From Clostridiales bacterium (GTDB lineage: Bacteria > Bacillota > Clostridia > Christensenellales > DTU072): 64,000 bases of DNA. The stretch lies in the NCBI GenBank assembly GCA_012520515.1, contig JAAYOD010000031.1:4327-68326 (forward strand). Reading direction: 5' to 3'. Within the stretch, counting starts at the first letter, position 1, and the number at the start of each line of letters is the position of its first letter. A program made the position numbers and the translations under genes. Below are positions 20,346-29,552 of the stretch, one piece after another. The notes below the pieces were generated by a model. The model did not search any database, was not told the origin of the DNA, and was given only the letters and a program-made list of their open reading frames with translations.

Positions 20346-21113
20346 TTAGAACGCCTGTCGAAGTCTAGCTATTGCGTTTTTTTCCAATCTACTAACCTGT
20401 GCTTGACTCATAGAAAGAGCATTTGATATTTCCATTTGCGTTTTGCCCTGATAATACCTGAGAAGTATTATTTCTCGCTCTCTTTCAGGCAGTTTTTTTA
20501 CTTCGTCCGATAAGGTAATACGGTTTAGAAGTTCATCTTCGCTACTATCGTCGCTTATTTGGTCTACAACAAGCACTGTTTCTTCGCCGTCATTATACGC
20601 TGATTCATAAATGCTGACAGGGTCGCTTATTGCGTCAAGTGCGCTTACAACTTCTTGATAAGGTATATTGATTTCGGCAGCTATCTCGGTAAGAGTAACT
20701 TCATTTTCCCTTGCATGTTCTAGCCTTTCTCTAGCTAGCATAGCTTGATATGCGATATCTCTTATGCCCCGCCCTACTTTCATAGCTGTACTTTCTCTTA
20801 TATACCGCCTTATCTCTCCTAGTATCATGGGCACTGCGTAAGTGGAAAATCGCACATTTAGGTCTATATTGAAATTATCAAGCGCTTTTATAAGTCCAAG
20901 CATTCCTACTTGAAATAAGTCGTCATAACTTACCTTGTCTGTTCTAAAGCGTTGTACCATGCTTAGCACAAGGCGCATATTACCCTCTATAAAAGCACTT
21001 CTAAGGTGAGTTTCTCCATTTTTTATGCGCTTTAGCATAACTTCACATTCTTGCGCTGTCATCTTTGGTAGTTGTGAGGTGCAAATACCGCTTATTACTA
21101 CTTTTCTTGACAT
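20346..21113 (-). CDS. sigG: forespore sigma factor G
   Basis: Collinear with B. subtilis SigG: MSRKVVISGICTSQLP, GNMRLVLSMVQRF, DDLFQVGMLGLIKALDNF, FSTYAVPMILGEIRRY, GKTQMEISNALSMSQAQVSRLEK. It follows sigE directly. Confidence 0.85.
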   Translation of the reverse strand: MSRKVVISGICTSQLPKMTAQECEVMLKRIKNGETHLRSAFIEGNMRLVLSMVQRFRTDKVSYDDLFQVGMLGLIKALDNFNIDLNVRFSTYAVPMILGEIRRYIRESTAMKVGRGIRDIAYQAMLARERLEHARENEVTLTEIAAEINIPYQEVVSALDAISDPVSIYESAYNDGEETVLVVDQISDDSSEDELLNRITLSDEVKKLPEREREIILLRYYQGKTQMEISNALSMSQAQVSRLEKNAIARLRQAF

Positions 21114-21160
21114 ACTTCCTCCTATGTAGATAGTAGTAAGTATGCACCTTTAATAAATTA

Positions 21161-21883
21161 TTATTCTACTTTGAGAAACTCCTTTCTGAGTTTACATATT
21201 ATTTTCTTTTCCAATCTGCTTATGTACGACTGTGATATGTTCATCATATCGGCTATTTCTTTTTGCGTTTTTTCTTCTATGCCATAAAGCCCGTAACGCA
21301 TTCCCATAATCTTTTGGTCGCGCTCGTCAAGTTTTAGGTATAAATCTCTTAAAATCTCATTTTCCACATTATTTTCCATTTCTTTATAGAGCATATCGCC
21401 ATCTGTGCCTAAAATGTCGCTCAAAACTAGCTGATTTCCTTCCCAATCCACATTTAGCGGTTCTTCTAAGGAAACTTCAGAGCGTGTTTTAACCATTTTT
21501 CTAAGAAACATTAAGATTTCATTTTCTATGCATCTGGAGGCATAGGTGGCAAGTTTTATCTTTTTGTCGGCATTAAAACTCTTTACTGCCTTAATTAGAC
21601 CTATACTTCCTACCGATATGAGTTCTTCCATCTCAATACCTGTATTGTCAAATCTCTTAGCTATATACACCACAAGGCGTAAGTTTCGCTCAATTAGTAG
21701 ATTTCTTGCGTCTTCGTCGCCATTTCTAAGCGCTTCAATAGCTTTGGCTTCTTCTTCCCCATTAAGTGGAACAGGTAAACTCACAATATAATCTACTGAG
21801 TTTTTTTCCGCACAAAAAAACCTTTTTATCTTATTTATTACCGATTTAATTTTTTGGGATAACTTTTTTAAAAATGTTTGCAT
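21161..21883 (-). CDS. sigE: mother-cell sigma factor E (pro-sigma-E)
   Basis: Collinear with B. subtilis SigE: [98 protein letters not shown]. It carries an N-terminal basic pro-sequence and follows spoIIGA. Confidence 0.9.
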   Translation of the reverse strand: MQTFLKKLSQKIKSVINKIKRFFCAEKNSVDYIVSLPVPLNGEEEAKAIEALRNGDEDARNLLIERNLRLVVYIAKRFDNTGIEMEELISVGSIGLIKAVKSFNADKKIKLATYASRCIENEILMFLRKMVKTRSEVSLEEPLNVDWEGNQLVLSDILGTDGDMLYKEMENNVENEILRDLYLKLDERDQKIMGMRYGLYGIEEKTQKEIADMMNISQSYISRLEKKIICKLRKEFLKVE

Positions 21884-21886
21884 ATA

Positions 21887-22657
21887 TCACCTCATATCCT
21901 TATGTAAAATAATTTTGTATCTGTCTGTGTCAATCTTGCCCTTTCCTGCCATTACTTTATATATTTTATTCACCCCATCTTCAAAATATATCTTAATTAA
22001 TATCGGGGTTACTAAAAGACTGTATTCATCTTTTATGGTGGCAACTTTTACTTCTTGACTGGGCGCTGGCATCAACTTATTATAGATAACATCGCTCACT
22101 ATTACCACCCATTCTCCATTTTTAGTGCAAACCATATTTCCTGTGTCATAATAGGCTTTTGTTCGACAGCAATAATTACTGTTTATTATCTCTACTTGTA
22201 AGATATTTGAGTTTAGTCGGAGTATGGTAAGTAGTTTTGCTTTTATGTAACACGCAAAGAGCGTAATTAGTATAAAACTTATACTGATAAAAAAAGGAAT
22301 GTTACCAAGCAAATATAAGATATTTACTGCTTGCATACCATATAAATACGCTATAAACGCCGAACTTCCTATAAGGGCAAAATAAATTAGCACAAAAATA
22401 AAGACTGCTGTTAAATAATCTTTTATGTGAGTAAAATTTTTTAATAATGACACTATTAAAAAAGGGAAAAAAATTAGCATTAGATATCCCCAAAAGCCAA
22501 TATATAAGCTAAAGATGTATATTAAGCTTGAAAATAGTGACACCAGTATTATCTTTACTGGGCGTGCTTTAATATTAATAAGCAGGCAAGTAAGATACTG
22601 CACAAAAAGCAATAAGCACAAGTTATTAATAAATAATTCTTCTACATAAACGACCAT
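21887..22657 (-). CDS. spoIIGA: sigma-E processing aspartic protease SpoIIGA
   Basis: An N-terminal polytopic membrane half followed by a soluble half with YYDTGN (the D-[ST]-G-N protease motif). It sits between ftsZ and sigE. Confidence 0.8.
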   Translation of the reverse strand: MVVYVEELFINNLCLLLFVQYLTCLLINIKARPVKIILVSLFSSLIYIFSLYIGFWGYLMLIFFPFLIVSLLKNFTHIKDYLTAVFIFVLIYFALIGSSAFIAYLYGMQAVNILYLLGNIPFFISISFILITLFACYIKAKLLTILRLNSNILQVEIINSNYCCRTKAYYDTGNMVCTKNGEWVVIVSDVIYNKLMPAPSQEVKVATIKDEYSLLVTPILIKIYFEDGVNKIYKVMAGKGKIDTDRYKIILHKDMR

Positions 22658-22663
22658 TTTTAG

Positions 22664-22697
22664 ACAAAAAAAGCAAGAATATTGTTTAATTCTTGCT
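22664..22697 (-). terminator. hairpin plus U7 run downstream of ftsZ
   Basis: Stem agcaagaat (22671-22679) pairs with attcttgct (22689-22697). The A7 run on + gives U7 on the minus transcript, and the run ends 6 nt before the spoIIGA ATG. Confidence 0.7.
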
Positions 22698-22732
22698 TTT
22701 GTTCTCCACTTTTATTTTATTTTAGCTTATCT

Positions 22733-23902
22733 TTAATTGTTGCGCAGTTTTTTAATTCTTTGTAAAAATCCAGGCACTGCCTTTTCTTCTATTTCTTTAT
22801 CTTCTATATTGCTTGCAGCAACTTCGTCTAAGATGTTTGTATTAATGGGGGGAGTTGTAAAACTATCGGCTATTTCTGACTTTTCCTTAGCTTGAGTGTC
22901 TTCAAAACTAGGGATATTTGGTAAACTATCTCCTGCGCCGTCAAAGCCTGTTGCAATAATAGTTACTTGCACCTCATCTTTTAAGCTCTCTTCAAAGCCC
23001 AGCCCTGTTATAATATTGGCGTCGTCAGCAGCTACATTGGTAATTAGCTTTAACGCTTCTCTTACTTCGTTTCCATTGACGCTTAGGTCTGCAGTAACGC
23101 TTACAATAAGCTGCGTTGCACCTGTAATGTTACTCTCTAGTAAAGGCGATGCCGCTGCTTGTTTAAGTGCTTGCAATACCCTGTTTTCGCCTTTTGCTTT
23201 GCCTATGCCTATGTGCGCTGTACCCATTTTTCTAATTACGGTATCAATATCGGCAAAATCTAAGTTCATAAGGGCAGGTTTTACCACAATTTCTGTAATT
23301 CCAATAATGCTGTTATGCAAGACATCGTCGGCAAGCTGTACCACTTTAAGCAAAGGAGTATTTGGAGATACAAAGCTAAATGCTTTTTCGTTAGGAATAA
23401 CTACAAGTACATCAACTTCTTTGCGAAGTTTTTCAATGCCCATTTCGGCAACTTGCATTTTTCTGCGCCCTTCATACTCAAACGGCTTGGTTACTACGGC
23501 AATGGTAAGGATATTCATCTCTTTAGCTATCTTTGCTACAACAGAAATTCCGCCTGTACCTGTTCCTCCGCCCATGCCTGCTGTCAAAAATAGCAAATTT
23601 GCTCCGCTTATTGCTTCTTTTATGGCGTCCTTACTCTCTAGCGCAGCTTGCTCACCAACATCAGGTTTACTGCCTGCGCCTAATCCATGAGTCAGTTTTG
23701 CGCCAAGTTGTAGCTTGGTTACCTTGTCATCTACATTGTTTAGCGCCATCATATCGGTATTTGCAGCAATAAACTCCACATTGCTGGCGACATTGGCAGA
23801 AACTAAGCGATTAACTGCGTTGCTTCCGCCGCCGCCTACTCCAAAAATTTTGATATTTACTATATCTTGCGGGGCGGTTTGCCCTCCAAAGTTAAAACCC
23901 AT
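22733..23902 (-). CDS. ftsZ: cell division protein FtsZ
   Basis: IKIFGVGGGGSNAVNRL, GMGGGTGTGG tubulin signature, and a C-terminal conserved peptide PGFLQRIKK. Confidence 0.97.
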   Translation of the reverse strand: MGFNFGGQTAPQDIVNIKIFGVGGGGSNAVNRLVSANVASNVEFIAANTDMMALNNVDDKVTKLQLGAKLTHGLGAGSKPDVGEQAALESKDAIKEAISGANLLFLTAGMGGGTGTGGISVVAKIAKEMNILTIAVVTKPFEYEGRRKMQVAEMGIEKLRKEVDVLVVIPNEKAFSFVSPNTPLLKVVQLADDVLHNSIIGITEIVVKPALMNLDFADIDTVIRKMGTAHIGIGKAKGENRVLQALKQAAASPLLESNITGATQLIVSVTADLSVNGNEVREALKLITNVAADDANIITGLGFEESLKDEVQVTIIATGFDGAGDSLPNIPSFEDTQAKEKSEIADSFTTPPINTNILDEVAASNIEDKEIEEKAVPGFLQRIKKLRNN

Positions 23903-25056
23903 TAGCGTCTAACCCTCCATTTGTTTATTTTGAAAAAGTTGAAACTTGAAGAAGTTTCATTATCTATCCACTCCACGCAACTAACCAGCGGATAGTTGCT
24001 TGTGTTATCAAAGTTTATAAGTTTTGGTGTCAGCGTTTGTAGCATTTCGCCGCCAAGCGCATTATTAAGAAGTTCTTTAACTCCTCTTATCTCGCAAACA
24101 TCACTGCCTGTTATGTACACTGGGACACTGGTGTCTAGCTTAAAAGAATCAATGGCCTTTTTTATGTTTTGCGATAAGTAGTCAAAGGTATTTGCAACTC
24201 TCTTGTTTACAGCTTTCATATTGTATTCAGCAAGCTTATCCCCATCATTAAGCACATAAAAATCGTTGTCTTGACAGTTGACATTAAGGTTAAGTTTGTT
24301 TGATAAAATTGTTGCTTTATTAAAATCTATCTTCAGCAGGTCTTGTAAGGCATAAATTACATGGTTTGCGCCCCAATCTATAATTTTTGTGGAAAGAATT
24401 GCTTTTCCTTTGCACAAACTAGCGGAAATATGCTCTTCTCTAAAGTTTATAAGCAATCTAGTAGCTCCTGCTATATTAATATCTTTATCGGCTTTTTCCA
24501 TGCATAAGTTGCTTTCTCCTAGATAGATAAAGGTTTTTCTCAAGCGTTTTGCCGCTTTGTCAAAAAACTCTTTTATTCGCTTTTCTAATAGGATTACTGA
24601 AACCACGCCATAGAGTTTGGTGCATTCTTGCCCAACTGGGTTAAACATAACAGGGTTATTTAGCGACTTAAAAGATACAGGAGCATACCCTATCGTCATA
24701 AAGTCGGGATGCGGTGATGCGCACTTTGCATACAAACTTGTCACATCGCGCTTTGTTACATATCTGCTGTTTATGCTGACTTCGCTTTCAGATATTGCTG
24801 TATTTATAAATGTTTGGGGTAAAATAACATATACTTTTGATGGTAAAAATTTTATCTTTTGGCTTTGACGGGCAAATAAATCTTGAATTATGGAAAAAAG
24901 CTTGTCGGGTTTGTTAAAACCGTGTGCTCCTACTCCGTCATAATTTGCGCTAAGAGATTCTACCAAACGAAAAAAAGGCCCGTTTTTTTTAAAAGCAAAC
25001 AAACGCAGACTTATGGTATTTACTTCTAGAATTGTGATAATAGGATTGTAAAACAT
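23902..25056 (-). CDS. ftsA: divergent FtsA-like actin-fold protein
   Basis: Position between divIB and ftsZ, with a TAATG overlap onto ftsZ. It is collinear by eye with B. subtilis FtsA and ends in a C-terminal amphipathic tail FNFFKINKWRVRR. The nucleotide-binding motifs are not conserved (see findings). Confidence 0.6.
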   Translation of the reverse strand: MFYNPIITILEVNTISLRLFAFKKNGPFFRLVESLSANYDGVGAHGFNKPDKLFSIIQDLFARQSQKIKFLPSKVYVILPQTFINTAISESEVSINSRYVTKRDVTSLYAKCASPHPDFMTIGYAPVSFKSLNNPVMFNPVGQECTKLYGVVSVILLEKRIKEFFDKAAKRLRKTFIYLGESNLCMEKADKDINIAGATRLLINFREEHISASLCKGKAILSTKIIDWGANHVIYALQDLLKIDFNKATILSNKLNLNVNCQDNDFYVLNDGDKLAEYNMKAVNKRVANTFDYLSQNIKKAIDSFKLDTSVPVYITGSDVCEIRGVKELLNNALGGEMLQTLTPKLINFDNTSNYPLVSCVEWIDNETSSSFNFFKINKWRVRR

Positions 25057-25116
25057 ATAGCTCCGAACCTTTAATATATTAAGTATATATTAAGATGGGC
25101 TTTATGTCAACAGCAA

Positions 25117-25812
25117 TTAAAGGCTTTCAAAGCTTAGAACTGCCCCTACTCTTTCAGGTACAGACAAGGATAAATACTTGTGATAAATCAAAGTGGTGCT
25201 ATCTTGCACTTTGTTGCGATTTATTACAAAAACAGCATTATTTTGCCTTAAATTAACCGTTAAATTGTCGTCGTTAATGGTTATGCTTTCTACAAAAGCT
25301 ACTATTGCGCTTTGCTCCATTCCGTTATCTAAAAGTGTTTTGGCAAAGACTCGTACCGCTATGCACTGAGCGGTGTCAAAGGTGTTTTTTACTGTGTAAT
25401 TTTCCACAGTTATTATGTGTTTGTCTAAGCCTTGGGCAATGTCGCTTCTTTGAAAATCTATATCGGTATAAACATATCCGCTATATGAGTCATTGTTGAC
25501 ACTTACTAAAAACATAGGCAACCGTTCTTTAACATGGATAGTTACGGTATTTGGGAAAACTCTTTCTACATCGACTATTAAGCTGTTTGAGTAATAATCA
25601 TTGATGTTTTGCTTAATCTTACTTTCTTTTAAGCTAAAGATATTTGTGTTTGATGTTATATCGGCAAGTTCTAGTATTGTTTGCTCCGTTGCCATACCTG
25701 TTTCATTTTTGAATTCTACCTTAACATTTTTGACAGTAAAAATTTGCCCAAATGTGATTATTAGGGCAATCATTACTACACTAATTGTTATGGCAACATA
25801 TTTTTTTCTCAT
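25117..25812 (-). CDS. divIB: cell division protein DivIB/FtsQ (single TM + POTRA)
   Basis: N-terminal TM segment (VAITISVVMIALIITF), then VKNVKVEF...IFSLKESKIKQNI...VDVERVFPNTVTIHVKER, a POTRA-like stretch. Confidence 0.8.
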   Translation of the reverse strand: MRKKYVAITISVVMIALIITFGQIFTVKNVKVEFKNETGMATEQTILELADITSNTNIFSLKESKIKQNINDYYSNSLIVDVERVFPNTVTIHVKERLPMFLVSVNNDSYSGYVYTDIDFQRSDIAQGLDKHIITVENYTVKNTFDTAQCIAVRVFAKTLLDNGMEQSAIVAFVESITINDDNLTVNLRQNNAVFVINRNKVQDSTTLIYHKYLSLSVPERVGAVLSFESL

Positions 25813-25839
25813 TATTTGTATTGATACTCCAGGCTTTAG

Positions 25840-27093
25840 CTATTGTACTCTTGTTATGTCTGCTCCTATTGATTTTAGAGCACCTTCCAAATTTTCATAT
25901 CCCCTATCAATGTGAAAAATATCATTTATTGTGGTAGTGCCCTGGGCATTTAGACCTGCAAGAACCAAAGCCGCTCCGCCACGCAAATCCTGCGCATCTA
26001 CTTCTGAGCCTGTCAGCCTTGGAACGCCTTTTATAACTGCTGTTCTGCCGTGCGTGGTGATATCTGCGCCCATTTTCTTAAGCTCATTCACATGCCTAAA
26101 ACGGTTTTCAAACACATTTTCTGTCATAATGCAGATACCGTCGCTCACTGCTTGCAATGCCATCATAGGCGCTTGTAAGTCAGTAGGAAAACCTGGATAG
26201 GGTTGTGTTGCTATGTTTTCAACTGCGTATCTGTTTTCCTTTGCCTTTATAGTAATAGTATCATTATCAAAGGCAATATGGCAAGAGGTTTTGTTTAATT
26301 TGCTAAGTAATGAATTCAAATCTCCTGCTCTTGCGCTAGTTAATTTTACTTCACCACCTGCCATTGCTACCGCAATAGCAAAAGTGCCTGCAACGATTCT
26401 GTCGGGCATAGCTTGATAGGTAGTGCCATTCAAAACTTCTACGCCTTCTATCTTTATTGTTGAAGTTCCTGCGCCTGATATTTTTGCTCCCATAGCGTTA
26501 AGAAAATTTTGCAGGTCAAGAATTTCAGGCTCGCAAGCGGCATTTCTAATTATGGTATTTCCTTTGGCTCTAACAGCTGCAAGCATAACATTTTCTGTAG
26601 CTCCAACGCTGGGATAATCTAAATTTATCTCTGCGCCATGCATTTTTGTGGCGTCACAATATATGTAGCCAGCTCTTTCTACTATCCTGACATTAAGCTC
26701 TCTAAGCCCCTTAATATGAATATCAATAGGTCTTAGTCCAATATCACATCCACCAGGGTAGGCTACTTTTGCATACTGCTGTCTAGCCAGTATAGAACCT
26801 AATAAAAAAATAGAGCTGCGTAGCTCTTTTGCTAGCTTGTTGTGGATTTCGTGTGATTTTAACTTGGTTGCGCTAATTTCAGCAAGGTTGCCATATCTTA
26901 CCACTTCAACGCCCAGCGCCATTAGAATCTGGCTCATATTATGTACATCAATTAGGTTTGGAACATTTTCTATAATTACTTTGTCTTCAGTAAGTATGCT
27001 GGCGGCAAACAATGGTAGTACCGCGTTTTTTGCGCCTTGTATCTTTACACTTCCGTGTAATTCATTTCCGCCGTTTATTATAAATCTTGACAT
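25840..27093 (-). CDS. murA: UDP-N-acetylglucosamine 1-carboxyvinyltransferase
   Basis: MSRFIINGGNELHGSVKIQGAKNAVLPLFAASIL and the catalytic-Cys loop YPGGCDIGLRPIDIH. The start is taken at MSRF (ATG 27091-27093, GGGGGA SD), not at the ORF-track start at 27144. Confidence 0.93.
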   Translation of the reverse strand: MSRFIINGGNELHGSVKIQGAKNAVLPLFAASILTEDKVIIENVPNLIDVHNMSQILMALGVEVVRYGNLAEISATKLKSHEIHNKLAKELRSSIFLLGSILARQQYAKVAYPGGCDIGLRPIDIHIKGLRELNVRIVERAGYIYCDATKMHGAEINLDYPSVGATENVMLAAVRAKGNTIIRNAACEPEILDLQNFLNAMGAKISGAGTSTIKIEGVEVLNGTTYQAMPDRIVAGTFAIAVAMAGGEVKLTSARAGDLNSLLSKLNKTSCHIAFDNDTITIKAKENRYAVENIATQPYPGFPTDLQAPMMALQAVSDGICIMTENVFENRFRHVNELKKMGADITTHGRTAVIKGVPRLTGSEVDAQDLRGGAALVLAGLNAQGTTTINDIFHIDRGYENLEGALKSIGADITRVQ

Positions 27094-27152
27094 ATCATCC
27101 CCCATAAATTGTTTCTTTATCCAAAAAAGATAAAAAACTGCCACACTACATA

Positions 27153-28253
27153 TTATGGGGACAAATCGCGGTTGGTTACGCTGGCTATGTTATATAACAA
27201 GCCTGATACAAACATGAACACCATTAAAGAACTTCCCCCTGCGCTTATATATGGCAAAGGTACACCCGTGGGCGGAATACTGCCGCTTACGACGGCTATA
27301 TTTATTATTGTTTGCAAAGCAATAATGGCAGTAAGTCCGGTAGCTAACATGGTGTGATATTTATTTTTTGCTTTCATGGCAATTCGTATGCCAGAAAATA
27401 TCAATAAAGCAAATATAGCAATGACAAAGATGCAGCCAACAAGTCCAAGTTCTTCTCCTATTACGCTAAAGATAAAATCATTTTCGGCAAATGGTAAAAA
27501 CAAGTACTTTTGGCGCGACCTAAACAGCCCTACTCCAAAAAGTCCTCCTGAACCTAGCGCATAGTATGATTGAATAAGTTGATACCCTTCACTTTTGGGG
27601 TTTTCCCATGGATTAATAAATGCTAAAATTCTTTTTATCCTGTAAGGCTCTATAATTATAAGCAAGGGCACTGCTACCAGTACGAAAACAACCATTAGAA
27701 TAAATAATTTTTTTGGACTGCCGCCTATGTAAAGTACCATAATAAGAGCCATGCCCACGCACATTGTTATGCTCATATTGGGCTCTAGTATGATAAGTAG
27801 GCATACACTACCGCCTGCAAGTAGTGGAATAATCATCTTTTTGAAGATGGTGGGCGGATTTTCCGCCATGTATCCTGCTAAAAATATCATAAGTCCAAAC
27901 TTGGCAATTTCCGATGGCTGAAAGGTGACAAAACCTAAGTTAATCCAGCGTGTAGCTCCATAGCTTTCAGAGCCTACTCCCGGTATAAAAACTATTGCAA
28001 GCAGGACTATTGATATTATAAATATAATCCACTTTAGTTTTTTTAGTATTTCTAAGTTTAGCACACAACCAAATATCATAACTACAATTCCTGCGCCAAA
28101 AGCAATGGCTTGTTTCTTCACGAAAAAGTATGCGTCATTGTAGTTTATACGCGCAGAATAGGAACTTGATGAATATATCATTACGATGCCGATAAGCGCC
28201 AATAAAATAGTAGATATCAGTATCGTGTATTGTGTTTTATATGTTAATTTCAT
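27153..28253 (-). CDS. ftsW: SEDS-family peptidoglycan polymerase FtsW/SpoVE
   Basis: Protein with ~10 TM segments, FQPSEIAKF and LPFAENDFIFSVIGEELG motifs, and a C-terminal PLPYISAGGSS. Confidence 0.9.
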   Translation of the reverse strand: MKLTYKTQYTILISTILLALIGIVMIYSSSSYSARINYNDAYFFVKKQAIAFGAGIVVMIFGCVLNLEILKKLKWIIFIISIVLLAIVFIPGVGSESYGATRWINLGFVTFQPSEIAKFGLMIFLAGYMAENPPTIFKKMIIPLLAGGSVCLLIILEPNMSITMCVGMALIMVLYIGGSPKKLFILMVVFVLVAVPLLIIIEPYRIKRILAFINPWENPKSEGYQLIQSYYALGSGGLFGVGLFRSRQKYLFLPFAENDFIFSVIGEELGLVGCIFVIAIFALLIFSGIRIAMKAKNKYHTMLATGLTAIIALQTIINIAVVSGSIPPTGVPLPYISAGGSSLMVFMFVSGLLYNIASVTNRDLSP

Positions 28254-29544
28254 ACACTAGCGACTTAAAATACTCGCCTCTCTCCGCATAATTTTTATAA
28301 CGGTCAAAACTTGCTGAACATGGAGAAAATAGCACATTTTGAACCTTTTTAGTGTTTAAGAAGTGTAATGCTTCTTTCAACGATGTAAAGACTTTTATAT
28401 CTGTATATCCCATTTTTAATGCAGAATTAAATATTTTTTGAGCGTTGCTTCCGCAAACGGCTATTGCCTTTACTTTTTCATCAATGTTTTCAAAGAACTC
28501 ACAAAAGTCTTCGTTTTTGTCACTTCCGCCCATAATAAGACCAATATCGCCTTCTAAGCTAAATATTGCGTACTTGCATGAGTGAATGTTGGTGCTTTTG
28601 GAATCATTATAATAACTTATTCCGTTTAAGGTAGAAACATACTCTAAACGATTGGGAAGGGTGGAATAATCTTTTATTAAATTAGCCAAATGTTCTCTTT
28701 TTGCGCCAAGTAGCGCGCCTATGTTAAGAGCGACAAGCAAGTTAAATCTATTGTGTTCCCCCCTTAGCTTACACTCTCTTATATGACAAAGGGAGGTGTC
28801 GTTGAACATAAAATAATTGTCTTTTATGTAAACTTCAGTTTGCGTAATATGCGGTGAAATGGCAATGATTCTTGCCTTGCTTTCTTTGCCAAACTGTCTA
28901 CAAATAGCGTCGTCATTATTTATAAAAATATAATCGCTTTCTGTTTGATTTTTGATGATGTTCTTTTTATCATTTACATAACCTGCGTAAGAATCATATC
29001 TATCTAAATGGTCGGGCGCTAAATTCATTACAACGGCTATGTATGGTTTTACTGTTTCTATGTAACCTAATTGAAAGCTGCTAGCTTCAACTACTGCATA
29101 GTCAAGCAAAGTTTGGTCAAGCACTACTTGGCTGACAGGATAGCCTACATTACCCATAGCCTTTACCTTTAAGCCAAAACTAAGCAATAGCTTTTCTATC
29201 ATAGTAATAACAGTTGTTTTGCCATTAGTGCCAGTCACCATAATAATAGGGCAATTTAAGTGCCTGCATCCTAGCTCTAATTCGCTGATTATTTTTATGT
29301 TTCTTGAAACAGCGTCCTTAATGACATGGTGCTTTGATGGAATTGCTGGACTTGCCACAATTAAGTCAATAGTAGTTAAAATTTCACTAGCATTATTTGT
29401 CACATTGGTGAAATCCGTTATGTTTATTTTGGTGTTGTCATCATAATAAAATACTTCTGCTCCTAATTTATTGAGCAAAAAACCTGCGCTTATACCGCTT
29501 GCTTGCATGCCCATAATTAGAACTTTTTTCCCTTTATAATTCAT
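28237..29544 (-). CDS. murD: UDP-N-acetylmuramoylalanine--D-glutamate ligase
   Basis: N-terminal Rossmann-like segment KKVLIMGMQASGIS, Mur ligase P-loop VTGTNGKTT, and a position between mraY and ftsW. Confidence 0.9.
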   Translation of the reverse strand: MNYKGKKVLIMGMQASGISAGFLLNKLGAEVFYYDDNTKINITDFTNVTNNASEILTTIDLIVASPAIPSKHHVIKDAVSRNIKIISELELGCRHLNCPIIMVTGTNGKTTVITMIEKLLLSFGLKVKAMGNVGYPVSQVVLDQTLLDYAVVEASSFQLGYIETVKPYIAVVMNLAPDHLDRYDSYAGYVNDKKNIIKNQTESDYIFINNDDAICRQFGKESKARIIAISPHITQTEVYIKDNYFMFNDTSLCHIRECKLRGEHNRFNLLVALNIGALLGAKREHLANLIKDYSTLPNRLEYVSTLNGISYYNDSKSTNIHSCKYAIFSLEGDIGLIMGGSDKNEDFCEFFENIDEKVKAIAVCGSNAQKIFNSALKMGYTDIKVFTSLKEALHFLNTKKVQNVLFSPCSASFDRYKNYAERGEYFKSLVYEINI

Positions 29545-29552
29545 AATTCACC

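Noticed and set aside
21114-21160. GCATA ... CATAGGA in the sigE-sigG spacer, considered as a sigma-F/sigma-G promoter for sigG
   Set aside because: The spacing (14 nt) does not fit either consensus, and the putative -10 would overlap the SD and start codon. The real sigG promoter is probably inside sigE and cannot be called by eye.
22896-23690. 264-aa + strand ORF (plus 23315..23593, 23533..23772 and 23715..23912) inside ftsZ
   Set aside because: It lies antisense to a perfectly conserved ftsZ. The translation is low-complexity Ser/Ala/Thr/Pro-rich with no start context. This is the typical shadow ORF of a Gly/Ala-rich gene.
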